Shown here piece by piece: positions 1 to 12,021 of a stretch of 64,000 bases of DNA. Origin of the DNA: Lingula anatina (taxonomy: Eukaryota > Animalia > Brachiopoda). The first letter of the stretch is position 1, and each line of letters opens with the position of its first letter. The stretch lies in NCBI GenBank assembly GCA_051362555.1, contig CM120642.1, positions 32,798,001 to 32,862,000 of the forward strand, given 5' to 3'. The position numbers and the translations under genes were made by a program. The notes under the pieces were generated by a model. It was not told the origin of the DNA. It saw nothing but the letters and a program-made list of their open reading frames with translations, and made no database searches.

Positions 1-228
1 ATTAGAAAATTAAATTATGGTAAATATACCGTTGTACGATACCTGACACTTTGGCGTATTTAAGTTGAAGCACTAGTTGAAAGACTGTTGTTTCTATATT
101 CTGTACGTAGTACCACGTCATAGAATATTGAAAAAAAAAACATTGGAAACGATATTCATAAGTGCATAGTCAAACAAAAAATGAATCTATATATAGAAAT
201 AGAATAACAAAAATCAAAAACATTACAG

Positions 229-3200
229 TGGCAGTTGGTGTGTGACATGGACTACGTGAGTGACACGGTCACATCGGTTCAAATGGCCGGTGTTCTTGTT
301 GGATCTTTGATATTTGGACAAGTATCTGACCTTTTTGGACGAAAGAAGGTGCGTGTTTTTTTATGGACTACTTAAAGATGGATTGTTTTGCGCATAAAGT
401 GTGTTAGGTATCATTGCAGCTTGTATCCAGAAAAATGTCTTGGAGTAATCTAATTGTCTAATAATAACTAAAGATCATATTGAAACAGATGTTCATGCTT
501 TTCACCAATGTTTCAATTTTGTTTCACTTTTTCCAGACGTATTATACTGCCTTGCTTCTTGTCTGCGTCCTTGGATTTGTGCAGTCGCTGACTTCCAGTT
601 GGATCGTATTTGCTGTACTGCGCTTCTTTAACGGCGTAGCAATAGGAGGTAGGCTACTTTTATGCATACTGTGCTGTCCACAATCTTTATAAATGTCTTA
701 ATGTTAGTGTAATCATGAAAGTACAAAAAAAGGGAAAATGCGCCATTTATTGCACTTGCGTGTCATTTAAAGTAGAGCAGTCCACAGAAAATGAATAAGT
801 GATTCTTACCACTTATTAAAGCGTAGCAATTTTAATCGTGTCACTTTTCAATATATAGTTTTAGATTGTACATACACTGTAGTTTTATGTATGTGTATGT
901 ACTCACCTGTTTGATGTGGTATATAAATTAATTAAAATAAGAAACACAGCTCAACCAAGATAAAATTTTATTCTCTTCTAGGAGGAATTGTTGTTGGTTA
1001 CATCTGGGGCTTAGAGTTCCTCGGGCCGCGATACCGTCATTTAACAGGGATACTCGGAGTGTGGCCCCTGGGCGGCTGTATATTGACGGGGATAGCGTAT
1101 GCCACTAGAGACTGGCGGAAGACAATGTACTGTACCTCACTACCGGGGCTGTTCTGGATGGCAGCCTACTGGTGAGTTCAAGTACATGTAAGACTGGGTT
1201 CCCATGCATAGATCGATCTAACAGGATTGATCCTCTTAGCCGCTTAAGTTTATTGCAATAAAGCGAAAATACCCTTGGAGATAGATCGATCCACAATAAG
1301 TGCGATAGGGTCTGGGAATAGTCCCTGGAACTTTGGCCGTGTTCAGAATAGAAATTGTTGTGCTAGCAGGATCGGTATATATTTCAGCTTGGATTCTTGC
1401 TAAGGCGCAGGCAGTGTAATCAGCTTTATTTACTCGTAGCTTGAAGTACTTGGGTAAATTTGGGAAAACTTTGTGATATGGTCTATGATGTTGTGCATGT
1501 TGCTCTGTGAGGTAGCATGGCAGACAATAAAGCTGACTACATTGACTGGGCATTACCGAGAATACCCGCTTAGATCGATCCTGCTAGTACGATAACTTCT
1601 GTTCTGAACACAGCCTTAAAGTTCAAAAGTTTAAAGATTGATGAGCACGATCTGAAGGTGTGCAGGTGTGACTTGAAATTCGTGTTTTAATTTAAGATGA
1701 ACTGGTTTCCAACAAACTAAACAATACAGCGGTAAGGTAACCGCATCGTATTCCACAGGGCTTTCGAAAAACAAAGCATAAATCGTACACGTAATCTTTA
1801 CTATTCTAGAGGTACTATTATTTCAGAAAAATTGGTCCAATTCAGAGTCGATACGAGGTTTGAATACGATGCCTAGAATTCTGTGATGGAAACAGAAAAT
1901 AGAGATTCATGCATTTTGATTAATTAATTTAGCAATAAGAACCACGCGGTGATATAATATAACGAACTGTACACACTGCCAACTGCTTTTCAGGTTTTTA
2001 CCGGAGAGTCCAAGATGGCTGCTTTCTCAGCACAAGTACGAGGAGCTGCGAAAAATAACGCAGTTGATTGCTTCCAGAAACAAACGTCCAATGCCAGACT
2101 TTGACGACTTTGTTAAACGTTTTGAGGTAGGAGGAAAGCAATTTCGGTTAACGCACACACACATATATATGTACTACAGACGTGAAACACTTGTCTTTTA
2201 GTAGCAAAATAGGTGACGTATACCACTATGTGAGATGTTATTTGGAATAATTTGTTTGATTATTTGACATTTGCAAGATGGTCACCTAATAGTTCTGTTT
2301 TGTCTTCCTTAGGAAGGACAGACTTTGACGATGTCCCATTGTTATCTGCAATACACGTTTAGTATTCGCACACAGTGTTGAGGAGTAACCTGCAAAATAC
2401 ACGTGCCCTGTCAAGGCGGAGTGAACTCTCTCTTCGTCATTTTGAACATGAATCCCGTTTATAGTATGGAACTGCCATATTGGTGGTAGCCCCTCCCCCC
2501 TTATATATATATATATATATATTATCAAAGTGCCAGCCCCTGTAATAGGTTTAAAAGGGTGCTAAATACAACTATCGGATAGCAAGTTAATGGAAGAAAA
2601 TACATTTATTTCAATATTGTTATCTTGACAATAAATGACCAGACACACTTTTGCAGGAGCAATCGTCCTCTTTGGCAGTTCACAAACACGAGAAGTACAA
2701 CTACTGGGATCTGTTTAGAACTCCCCAGCTGACGTCACAAACATTTAAGTTCATGTTTGTTTGGTGAGTTCATCTCTTTGGCCCCATTAAGAATGGATGA
2801 TCCGAGTACTTACTGATCCGCCGATTAAATATGGCCGACGACAGTTCAAAAGCGATGTCGTTGATTCCTGATGGTCTCCGAGCCTGCACACTCGCCGTCG
2901 AATCAGCGACATCGCTTTTGAACTGTGATCGGCCATATTTAGTTGGCGGATCAGTAAGTACTCAGATTAGTAAGGACTCGGATCATCCATTCTGAATGCG
3001 GTCTTTCTCTTATTCACGTCCCTTTCTCTTATTCACATCCCAATACATTGGTTAATTCTGCCGTGATCGGTTGTATAACGGTAATCAAGACATTTATACC
3101 ATTCTGTTTAAAAGTGAAGTGGGTGAAATATAGACAATGGACATGCCTTACTAAGGTAGAATTTTCAAATATATTCCTAACTTTTTTGGCATCACCACCA

Positions 3201-5258
3201 AATTTCTCTTATGGCTAGCAAATCTTGGTGCAAAGTATTGGAACTTCCTTGAAACATAGCAGTTTATTCTTTTCTTTACAGGTTCAGCGTCAGTGTCATA
3301 AGCTATGGCATGCGTTTTAACATCAAGAACATGGTTGGAGATATATACACAAACACGATTATCAACATGCTTACTCTTTTTATTATGTTTTTGTGTCTCT
3401 TCCATTTCCCAAGAATGTAAGTGCATTTTTAACTCTGCAATTTTTTTATCATACCTGCAAAGTTTCGTTTCATCTAGGCGCTTATAGTCAACTGATATCG
3501 TAAATAAACCATTGTGAATGGGATTGTGTTCATTACGCTCTTTCAGAACTGATCTAAAATTATGCATAGATCTTTAATTCTTATTTCCTTAGCCACTCAG
3601 GAATAGCTTAGAATCAAAATGAACTAGCAGTGGTTAAAAGTTTTAGGAATGAGTGCATTTCCAGCGACGTCAATTGTCTTATTATCGATAAAAGCTATAT
3701 TTCCGCTACAATTAATTATCATGACTATCAAGTAACTCTTTTTTTCTCAGCATCGGTAGGAAGAAAGCTGCCATATCTTACCAAGTTTGTGGATTTTTGT
3801 TTCTGATTCCAGTGATAGTGCTCTACATCGCCAGTAAGTAAATACTCTACAGATAGGCTTTTTATTTATTTATTTGTTGACGACATAATGGTGAATTTGA
3901 GTATGTGTGCGCGTGGACTATTTGTGTGTAAACAAGTACCTGCAGGTGCGTTTGCATGGATTTCTATCCACCTTTTTCCCACCATAGTGGTGCTAATTAA
4001 TATTTTTCTTCCAGACTTAAACGATGAACAGTGGCTGCTTACGAGCATTGTAATGACCATAGCCAATAATTTGGTTGGCATATCCTGGGGAGCCATGTTC
4101 CTGTGGACAGGAGAGAGTTATCCAACTTGCATACGGTGAGTATGTCTTTCCACAAAATATACCAGGTTTTTCAAAACAAACAGCTTACGTAAGTGCCAAG
4201 AGTTGCATTCTGTTAGCTACGGCATTTTGTTGTATGGTTCTGGCGATCCTTTCAATATATCTAAGCTTTGGCAGATCGGAGATTGTATTGAATTGCATGC
4301 GGTTGCAAGCACATTTGCCCCCAAAGGAACAGAACTAAGTAGCGTTCAACACCAAATCGACATTGAACATTATGGTTTCCGGACTTACCACTATACCCAG
4401 CAAACGCGTTAAAGAGCAATGACAAGATTGAAAAATACACGAATGTTGTCTAAATGGAAGGGCTTTACAATTATGTCCGAAACTCATTGACCTGTTCATA
4501 AAATTACTGATATTAACTTTGTTACACCTATTGACAAAGATTCATATCATTTTATTCATGATTTAATGTTTATAATTCTTAAACTGATGCTTCCGTCTCC
4601 AGCGACATAGGGATGGGTATGAACTCAATGGCGGCTCGAATTGGCGGAATATTAGCACCACAAACAGCTTACCTGGTAAGACCAGTCAACGTTAAGTCCT
4701 TCCAGTATGTACCTGATGCCCAAATCTTTCACGTTAATCGTTTTATTCGATTATTGATTTTTATACAGAGTAACAGAACCGATGGACCATGCATACTTTA
4801 CTTTACAGGGAGTTGATACGTCATTTGTGGGTTGTAAAGAGTTAATCTTTTTCTTCAATGCCATGTACCGATAATTTCTTTTTCTTCAATGCCATGTACC
4901 GATAATTTGATGGTCTGAGTTTTTTTTATAACGAAAATGACCTGTAAATATGTTGCCATATAGAGGGGGTATACCAAAGTTTCAAAAAGCCAAAGAATAA
5001 GACCAATCATTATGTTGATTTTTGCAGCAAAAGCATTGGCCACTCTTCCCGTACGTAATAAGTGCAGTACTTGTGATCATTTCCGCCATCTTGAATTGTT
5101 TCCAAAATGAAACAAACAACAAGGCCTTGGCAGACACTCTTCCGAAGAGGACATGGTGTTTTTGTGGACAAAATGAGGAAGAGGAGAACTATGAAGTCGA
5201 GGAAATGGTCGTGAAGACAAGCAATGGCAATGTCCATGACATTCGAGTCAATACCTAA
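229..5258 (+). CDS. SLC22-family organic cation/anion transporter (MFS), 3' part, 10 exons; 5' exons lie upstream of the window
   Basis: GT-AG exons with consistent phases: 229-348, 537-648, 982-1171, 1994-2126, 2657-2763, 3282-3416, 3751-3833, 4015-4135, 4603-4675, 5028-5258 (TAA). The translation has SLC22/MFS motifs WQLVCD, GQVSDLFGRKK, DWR, FLPESPRWL, YWDLFRTP, IGRK, ESYPTCIR, ARIGGILAP, ETNNKAL. AATAAA at 5603-5608. Confidence 0.93.
1192..1325 (-). mobile_element. Internally deleted, inverted copy of the MITE at 5293-5551
   Basis: gactgggttcccatgcatagatcgatctaacagga...agggtctgggaatagtccc is the reverse complement of both ends of 5293-5551. Confidence 0.65.
1335..1615. mobile_element. 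PIF/Harbinger-type (Tourist-like) MITE in an SLC22 intron
   Basis: Imperfect TIR ggccgtgttcagaatagaaattgttgtgctagcaggatcg / cgatcctgctagtacgataacttctgttctgaacacagcc; flanks ttt/tta. Confidence 0.7.
2780..3003. mobile_element. Palindromic Harbinger-type MITE in an SLC22 intron
   Basis: Almost fully self-complementary (ggccccattaagaatggatgatccgagt... / ...actcggatcatccattctgaatgcggtc); ttt on both flanks. Confidence 0.75.
4846..4908. repeat. 31-bp tandem duplication in an intron
   Basis: tctttttcttcaatgccatgtaccgataatt occurs twice in tandem. Confidence 0.8.
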
Positions 5259-5292
5259 TGGAATTGCCGCCGACTTAGGGGCCATGAGCTGT

Positions 5293-5551
5293 GGGACCAT
5301 TCCCAGACCCTAGAGTAGGCCTACTAACTTTGGATCGATCTATCTACTATAGGACTCTCCCTAAATTGCAATCAACTTAAGCGGCTTAGATGTCTGGCAC
5401 ACACACTGAAGCTGATAGGGGATAATTATCGTTTAGCAGCTTTAGAAGGCGTGCCAGACATTTAAGCCGCTTAAGCTGAAAGCAATTTAGCAAGAAATCC
5501 CGTGGAGGTGGACCGATCCTGTTAGATCAGTCTACGTGTGGGAACCAAGTC
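5293..5551. mobile_element. Palindromic MITE in the SLC22 3'UTR
   Basis: Internal inverted repeat aattgcaatcaacttaagcggcttagatgtctggcac / gtgccagacatttaagccgcttaagctgaaagcaattt; related copies at 1192-1325, 16293-16518, 17119-17330, 23742-23967. Confidence 0.7.
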
Positions 5552-6091
5552 TACGACGATATGGCACAGCACACGTACTGTTTGTTAAATATTAAACACT
5601 TTAATAAAAAACAAAAACCAACATACCACTTCAATTGTGGGTGGAATTTTATGCAATATTCACGATGAACGTAACATTTACGTAGCATCCGTGAGCCATT
5701 TTGAAAAGAGTTCTACATTTTTTCTCAGGTTTCAAACTGCTAGCTATAGCATCTAGAGTGCAGCCGTTATCATATGGTAAGAGTAGTTTGTATATCATGA
5801 AAGCACACCGATATCTGTCTGTGTCAATACAGGTGTGCCGAGAAGAGAGCATAGGTTTGTTCAATATCTACCGAACATTTCGCTCTGTAAATATGACACA
5901 GGGCATAGCGGCACCTGGGGTTATATTATGTACAGGCAACCAAGTTATGTCACCGTTATGTTGCCTTATACACGTGTGTGTGTGTGTGTTGGGGGGGGGG
6001 GGGGGAGGTGGCAGAAAAAGTGCACTCTCGGCAAAACTTGATCTAGGTACAAGAAGGTTTTCATGGTAAAAGGTACATTTTTTCATAAAAG

Positions 6092-6370
6092 CCCCCCCAC
6101 CTTTTTTTTTTTTTTTGAGATTGCTGGCTACGGATCCTAGTTTACTTCTGGATTCTTTTGCTATCTGTAGCCGGCTAACCCTGTGTCAAGGCTAGACTTA
6201 ATGCCAGTTCTACTGTTAATGAAATATAATAAAATGCTATTTTTCACGGAATTTCTTAATTTTAGTCAGATGAAAATAGAAGAAAGAAGCACCAGTAACC
6301 TAGGGTTCAACATCGTTCAAATAAACAGGTGCCGAACCTAGCAATAGATGCCGTGCAAAATGGGCAGTTT
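6092..6370 (+). repeat. Diverged copy of the segment found downstream of each ZNF gene
   Basis: ttttcac-gaatttcttaatttt...gaagcaccagt...ctagca-tagatgcc-tg-aaaatgggcag recurs at about 14835-14970, 22375-22500 and 33675-33808. Confidence 0.7.
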
Positions 6371-8424
6371 GAAGTTTTTTTTCTTAGGATTACAGCTCGG
6401 ATTAGATGCAGTAACTTTAACTACAAACAATGTCTATTAGAAGTGATAATAGTGCCAGCACATTCAACACAGTCATACACGCCTATGAAGTGCGTCTAAG
6501 AATAAGTGCTCTTTTGCTGAGGCGATGATACATGAATAGACCCGGAATATTGTGAAGTTCTTGTCCCGCATCGCTTTGTGTAAGGGTAAATATCAAAGTC
6601 AGTGGGCTGTAGTTGTGCTACTGTGATTGCGCCAATATGTAGATATGGGCATATCAGATGGCATACATGCAAAAATTGCACATGGCAACGATTTACAAAT
6701 TCGCGTTTTTTTATTTATTTATTTTTTTTTTATTTTAACCATGACGTTCTTTGTCGCGCTCTTGGTCGATGCAGCAAGTTATTAGAAAACAAGCTGACTG
6801 AAAATAAGCACAATTTTGCACCTTCAAGTTTCGTGACAAGTTTTAATATCATATACCCCGTATTTCTACAAGCGTCCTCAGCTCAAAGTGTCGAAAGAAA
6901 AAAAATTAAACCATGCCGTCAGAAATCCGCTTCAACTTCGCACTCACGGCTCCACTCTCATGTTCTTCCAGCTTAAAATGACCAGGGCCCGGTTTCACCA
7001 ACAGGACGTAAATTTACTCGGATACGACTGTTGTAATACGCCTGGCGTCCGTGCGCCAGGTTAACTCTCTCTGCTTACGCCCGTTGCACCAAGTTTTTAC
7101 CACGCCAGAGTAACGCTCCGTTGCTTCACTGTCCAACAATACGTGGATGGTATAATTGGGCAAATGAGGAGTTCGCAGCTGCAGTCATAATGAAATAATG
7201 ACATAAATAAACACAAAATGAGCATTTCAGTGACGGAGAAACTCATGATCATAAGCTACATTATTGCCTTTTGATTTAGAAATTAAAACGTTAAAATACG
7301 TCACCTTTGCTGTTGTCTAGGATACGCAGCAATAAAACCGTAAATGTATTCCGAATCAAAATATTATTATATTATGCTAAAAAGTTAAATCTTTGATTGA
7401 TTGGAGCCTGTTGTAAATGAGAAAAACGCGTTGGAGGCAGTACGTATTCCTATTAAGTTTTACGTCTGAAAAAAAATGCAAAAATTGCACCTGCATTTGC
7501 ATATATAATTTACAACAGTGTCAACAATTTCATGGCCTTCTTATCTATAGCTACAGGGGCGGATTTAGGATGTCTTCAGGGTCTTCCGGAAGACGGTCAG
7601 ATTTTCGAGTTTACATTGACGGGTATCTAATTTTTTAGGTCAGAAGACGGTCAAAAATGAAGAATGGATCAACAAAGATAATTTGGAAGACTGCCAAAAA
7701 TATCTCAGTTACACCGTGAGATATCATTTAATTTAATCGAGCTTACATCTTGTACGTAGATTAAGAAATACAAGGGAAATGATACAGGCCTATTATATGA
7801 GCTTAAAATGTTGATATTCTAAGCTTTCGTCTTTATGTTTATAATAATAGGCCTATTAAATGTGAAGAAAAAAATGAATATAGTTAGTTATGGTTCGTCA
7901 AAAATTGTGAAAAGAAATAAAGAAACCGCATTGCTAAGAGCCAAGACTAACCGACATGTGTGGTGTATCTATACATACGCATATACATGGCTACACACAT
8001 GTAGGCCTACTCCTACCATATAAAAATTTTTACACAAACTGGCTAACATTACCGACATCAGCTCATAATTTTCTCATCTTATTTCAACAAACATTATATT
8101 TACGATAAGAAGGCTACATAATTAATATTGGGCCTATTATATATTATGACATACATGCTTATTACAAAAGGATATAATTATATGACTTTTACAACAAATG
8201 TTGAGCACATAATTAATTATGAAAAACAAATTATATTTAGGGCCTATTGTAATTATTAAGTTTAAGATAGTCAGTAGGCCTACATTGATATTTAGGCCTA
8301 TATGTGAATCATTTGTAGTAATGCCCAGTTAATTTCTCTTATTTAAACTGAATTACAGTTTAACTCCTATTGTATCAATCATAAAATATTAAATTAAGTA
8401 AGTTTAAACTTTTCATAACAAGTA

Positions 8425-8465
8425 TGCGGGGGGGGGGGGGATCCAGGATCAACCCCCCCCCCCCC

Positions 8466-8514
<49 letters not shown>

Positions 8515-8720
8515 TGGCATGGGGTGCGGGCCGGGCCCCCATGAAGGGTACCCGAAACATTTGGTATTTAAGAGGGCGACCGGTGCAATTTGGTACGGTT
8601 TAGAACTATAATTCAGTTTGTCAAAATTCAAGAGGGGAGCATTGGTGTGATTATTTTCAGAAATCGAAGGGGGAGTCAGGACCGCTCTTAGCTGACCACC
8701 CCCCTCTAAATCCGCCAGCG
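8425..8720 (+). mobile_element. Degenerate CAGGGGCGGAT-type MITE carrying a (CA)n tract
   Basis: Ends gggggatccaggat...ctaaatccgccagcg; paralogous or related copies at about 30430-30730, 18460-18560 (partial) and 34650-34780. Confidence 0.5.
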
Positions 8721-8993
8721 AGTAAAATTACCAAACCTTTCTCATTATTAATATTAAGCAAAATCTTCATAAATATGGCAAAATAAATGCAGACTAGTCA
8801 TGCAAGTTGTGTGAGTTACTGTACACATGTAGGCTACCAATCTTCCTTTCGATAAACCCAAAATTTGTATTGCAAATGGGTTAAATCGTTAATTATATAT
8901 AAACAACAAATTGACCATGGACAAAAGGACTTTTGCATCAAAGTTTTCTTGAAGTATCTTTATTATTTCAAGGTTAATAAATATTATTGTTAT

Positions 8994-9132
8994 GCGCCAT
9001 CTAGATATAAACAACTGTCCTGTGTTGCCGTTTCCGCCATCTTGTGGCCTGTCCTGTCGTTTCTCCTAAACCGAGGCTGCATCTCAGAAGACTGCAGCAA
9101 CAGAGAGAAGTTGAAAATTTCTGCAGGTATTT
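8994..9132 (+). promoter_or_regulatory. Candidate core promoter and non-coding first exon of ZNF copy 1
   Basis: CTCF-like GCGCCATCTAG 8994-9004, TATAAA 9006-9011, YY1-like CCGCCATCTTG 9034-9044, donor CAG|GTATTT at 9127; same layout at 18844-18982 and 31020-31152. Confidence 0.5.
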
Positions 9133-9306
9133 TAACATTTTTGCCTCGTAGACTACTCTTTTAGATGAAAAGAAAGAATCTCTTAAGACTATAGTTGTCA
9201 CACGTAACTATCCGCCGGTATGAACGATACAGTTGATCAAAGTTTACAATTCAACCACTGGAAGTAACAGACCCAACCAACACTGGGACCCAACTGATTC
9301 CCACTC

Positions 9307-9644
9307 CAGGGGTAATCCTAGAGAGGGGTGAGAAACGTCCATTGTTCTCGTCAGCGAGGCTGGCTTTTTTCAGGGTATGTACGCACAGACAGAAAACTAA
9401 GTAATGTGGGAACGTTACTAATGAAGCCACTGGTAGTACTAGTAGATTATCAGTGTGTAGTCTTGAACAAGCGCCTCGATGACGAGTGAACAGTTGTCAA
9501 AAACAAAAGACCCAGGTGTGGTAGTTCGACTACTGTTCATGCGTGCCACAAAGACCAAACCTAATTGCTCCTCAAGGTCACAAAACAATATCCGGTACTG
9601 ACGGCTGGGCTCGTCTTAATCAAGTAGCGCGTTTCCACCGCCTG
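9307..9644. mobile_element. 338-bp insertion specific to unit 1, CAG...CTG ends, 7-bp TSD
   Basis: cccactc duplicated at 9300-9306 and 9645-9651; single copy at the empty sites in units 2 and 3 (about 19146 and 31307). Confidence 0.75.
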
Positions 9645-9995
9645 CCCACTCCGGCCATGGTGGCCATCTTGTGGCGTTTTGCTTTTGTTAAAATAAGTTT
9701 GCGTTGCCTTTACTACGCATATTGGACTAAATTCACTCAATTAAATCGCTAACAGACACGCAGTATCATTTTTAATATGTTTTCGATGGACTTTTCTGTT
9801 ACCCAACACCATGGAAGTGTATCTGCCTGCACAGCGCAAGAAAGGACTTGGTTACGATATATAGTATATTACGCTACAGGGCTCCTGCCGCAGGGCAGAT
9901 CTAAAACCTGGATAAATCCTGCATTCTTTTCCAAGTGACTGGCTCATGGCAGCATTTTTTTTTTTTTTTGTTTCTAACAACAAAGTGGTTTCACC

Positions 9996-11717
9996 ATGCA
10001 TAAAAGAATTCACTCTGGAGAGAAACCTCACAAGTGCAGATTCTGTGACAAATATTTTATGAAACAAAGTGCTTGCACCAATCATGAAAGAATTCACAAA
10101 GGTGTGAGACGTTACAAGTGTAGATACTGTGACAAATATTTTACAGATCAAAGTAGTTGCACTGGGCATGAAAGAATTCACACAGGAGAAAAACTTTACA
10201 AGTGTAGATTCTGTGACAAATGTTTTGCACAAAAAGGTAATTGTGTAGGGCATGAAAGAATTCACACAGGAGAGAAACCTTACAAGTGCAGGTTCTGTGA
10301 CAAATGTTTTACAGTACAAAGTGGTTGCACCAGGCATGAAAAAATTCACACTGAAGAGAGACCTTACAAGTGTAGATTCTGTGACAAAAATTTTAAAGAA
10401 CGTCGTGTTTGCATCGATCATGAAAGAATTCATAATGGAGTGAGACCTTACAAGTGTAGATTCTGTGACAAATATTTTAGAAAAAATAGAAATTGCACTT
10501 TGCATGAAAGAATTCACACGGGAGAGAAACCTTTCAAGTGTAAATTCTGTGACAAATATTTTACACAAAAAGGTAATTGTACTTTGCATGAAAGAATTCA
10601 CACAGGGGAGAAACCTTACAAGTGTAGGTTCTGTGACAAATATTTTACAGTACAAAGTAGTTGCACTTTGCACGAAAGAATTCACAGAGGAGAAAAACCT
10701 TACAAGTGTAGATTCTGTGACAAATATTTTACACAACAGATCAATTGCATATCTCATGAAAGAATTCACACAGGAGAGAAACCTTACAAGTGTAGATTCT
10801 GTGGAAAATATTTTTCACAACAAAGGGCTTGCTCCATTCATGAAAGAATTCACACAGGAGAGAAACCTTACAAGTGTAAGTTCTGTGACAAATATTTTAA
10901 AGAACAAAGTGATCGCACCAAGCATGAAAGAATTCACACAGGAGAGAAACCTTACAAGTGTAGATTCTGTGACAAATATTTTTCACAACAAAGTAGTCGC
11001 ATCATGCATGAAAGAATTCACACAGGAGAGAAACCTTACAAGTGTAGATTCTGTGACAAATGTTTCACAAAAAGAAGTGGTTGCACCAGGCATGAAAGAA
11101 TTCACACAGGGGAGAAACCTTACAAGTGTAGATTCTGTGGCAAATATTTTTCACAACTAACTAGTCGCATTAAGCATGAAAGAATTCACACAGGAGAGAA
11201 ACCTTATAAGTGTAGATTCTGTGACAAAAATTTTACTGTACAAAGTAGTTGTGCTTTGCATGAAAAAATTCATAGAGGAGAGAAACCTTTTAAATGTAGG
11301 TTCTGTGACAAATATTTTACACGACAGATCAATTGCATATCTCATGAAAGAATTTACACAGGAGAGAAACCTTACAAGTGTAGATTCTGTGGAAAATATT
11401 TTTCACAACAAAGGGCGTGCTCCATTCATGAAAGAATTCACACAGGAGAGAAACCTTGCAAGTGCAAGTTCTGTGACAAATATTTTAAAGAACAGAGTGA
11501 GTGCACCATTCATGAAAGAATTCACACAGGAGAGAGACCTTACAAGTGTAGATTCTGTGACAAAAATTTTTCACAACAAAGTAGTCGCATCATGCATGAA
11601 AGAATTCACAAAGGAGAGAAACCTTACAAGTGCAGATACTGTGACAAATGTTTTACTCAAAACGGCCATTGCATTAAGCATGAAAGAATTCACACAGAAG
11701 AGAGACCTTACAAGTGA
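9996..11717 (+). CDS. Tandem C2H2 zinc-finger protein, copy 1 (573 aa, 20 fingers)
   Basis: 84-bp repeats encoding CxxCxxxFxxxxx[C/R]xxHxxxH with TGEKPY linkers; one finger has H>Y (HERIY); TGA falls at a TE junction; start codon uncertain. Confidence 0.85.
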   Translation: MHKRIHSGEKPHKCRFCDKYFMKQSACTNHERIHKGVRRYKCRYCDKYFTDQSSCTGHERIHTGEKLYKCRFCDKCFAQKGNCVGHERIHTGEKPYKCRFCDKCFTVQSGCTRHEKIHTEERPYKCRFCDKNFKERRVCIDHERIHNGVRPYKCRFCDKYFRKNRNCTLHERIHTGEKPFKCKFCDKYFTQKGNCTLHERIHTGEKPYKCRFCDKYFTVQSSCTLHERIHRGEKPYKCRFCDKYFTQQINCISHERIHTGEKPYKCRFCGKYFSQQRACSIHERIHTGEKPYKCKFCDKYFKEQSDRTKHERIHTGEKPYKCRFCDKYFSQQSSRIMHERIHTGEKPYKCRFCDKCFTKRSGCTRHERIHTGEKPYKCRFCGKYFSQLTSRIKHERIHTGEKPYKCRFCDKNFTVQSSCALHEKIHRGEKPFKCRFCDKYFTRQINCISHERIYTGEKPYKCRFCGKYFSQQRACSIHERIHTGEKPCKCKFCDKYFKEQSECTIHERIHTGERPYKCRFCDKNFSQQSSRIMHERIHKGEKPYKCRYCDKCFTQNGHCIKHERIHTEERPYK

Positions 11718-11718
11718 A

Positions 11719-11976
11719 CCCACCGGGCAAATTATATTGTTTTAACGTTGAAACAACGTTGAACCATGACGTTGAGAAGACGTTGGATAAACGTTGGATT
11801 TGAAAGTTGTGTCAACCTCAGATAGCAACCTTGTATCAACGTCAGAAAACAATGTTATATCAACCCCACCCAGCGGGAAATTAGCCTGGATGTGTTTAGC
11901 AGTAGGACATTTTTGATGGCTAAATATATGTGGGGTATAAATGTATGGCCTTTAAGTTAAAATTTCTAAGGTCAAG

Positions 11977-12021
<45 letters not shown>

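Noticed and set aside
3151-3567. 138-aa minus-strand ORF and other short ORFs in 1-7 kb
   Set aside because: They are antisense or off-frame to SLC22 exons, or lie in MITEs; no domain features
9811-9990. Short upstream ORF MEVYLPAQ.. as an N-terminal effector exon for the ZNF genes
   Set aside because: It stops at a different position in each copy, has no convincing donor and matches no domain I recognise
9852-10769. Long antisense and alternate-frame ORFs over the ZNF arrays (also 19357-20271, 31448-32389 and the MKEFTQERN frames)
   Set aside because: Expected by-product of an 84-bp repeat that lacks stops in other frames; no independent coding evidence
11715-11717. TGA at a conserved Cys codon suggesting selenocysteine
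   Set aside because: It is followed directly by TE sequence, the next finger is frameshifted, the paralogs do not share it, and I recognised no SECIS
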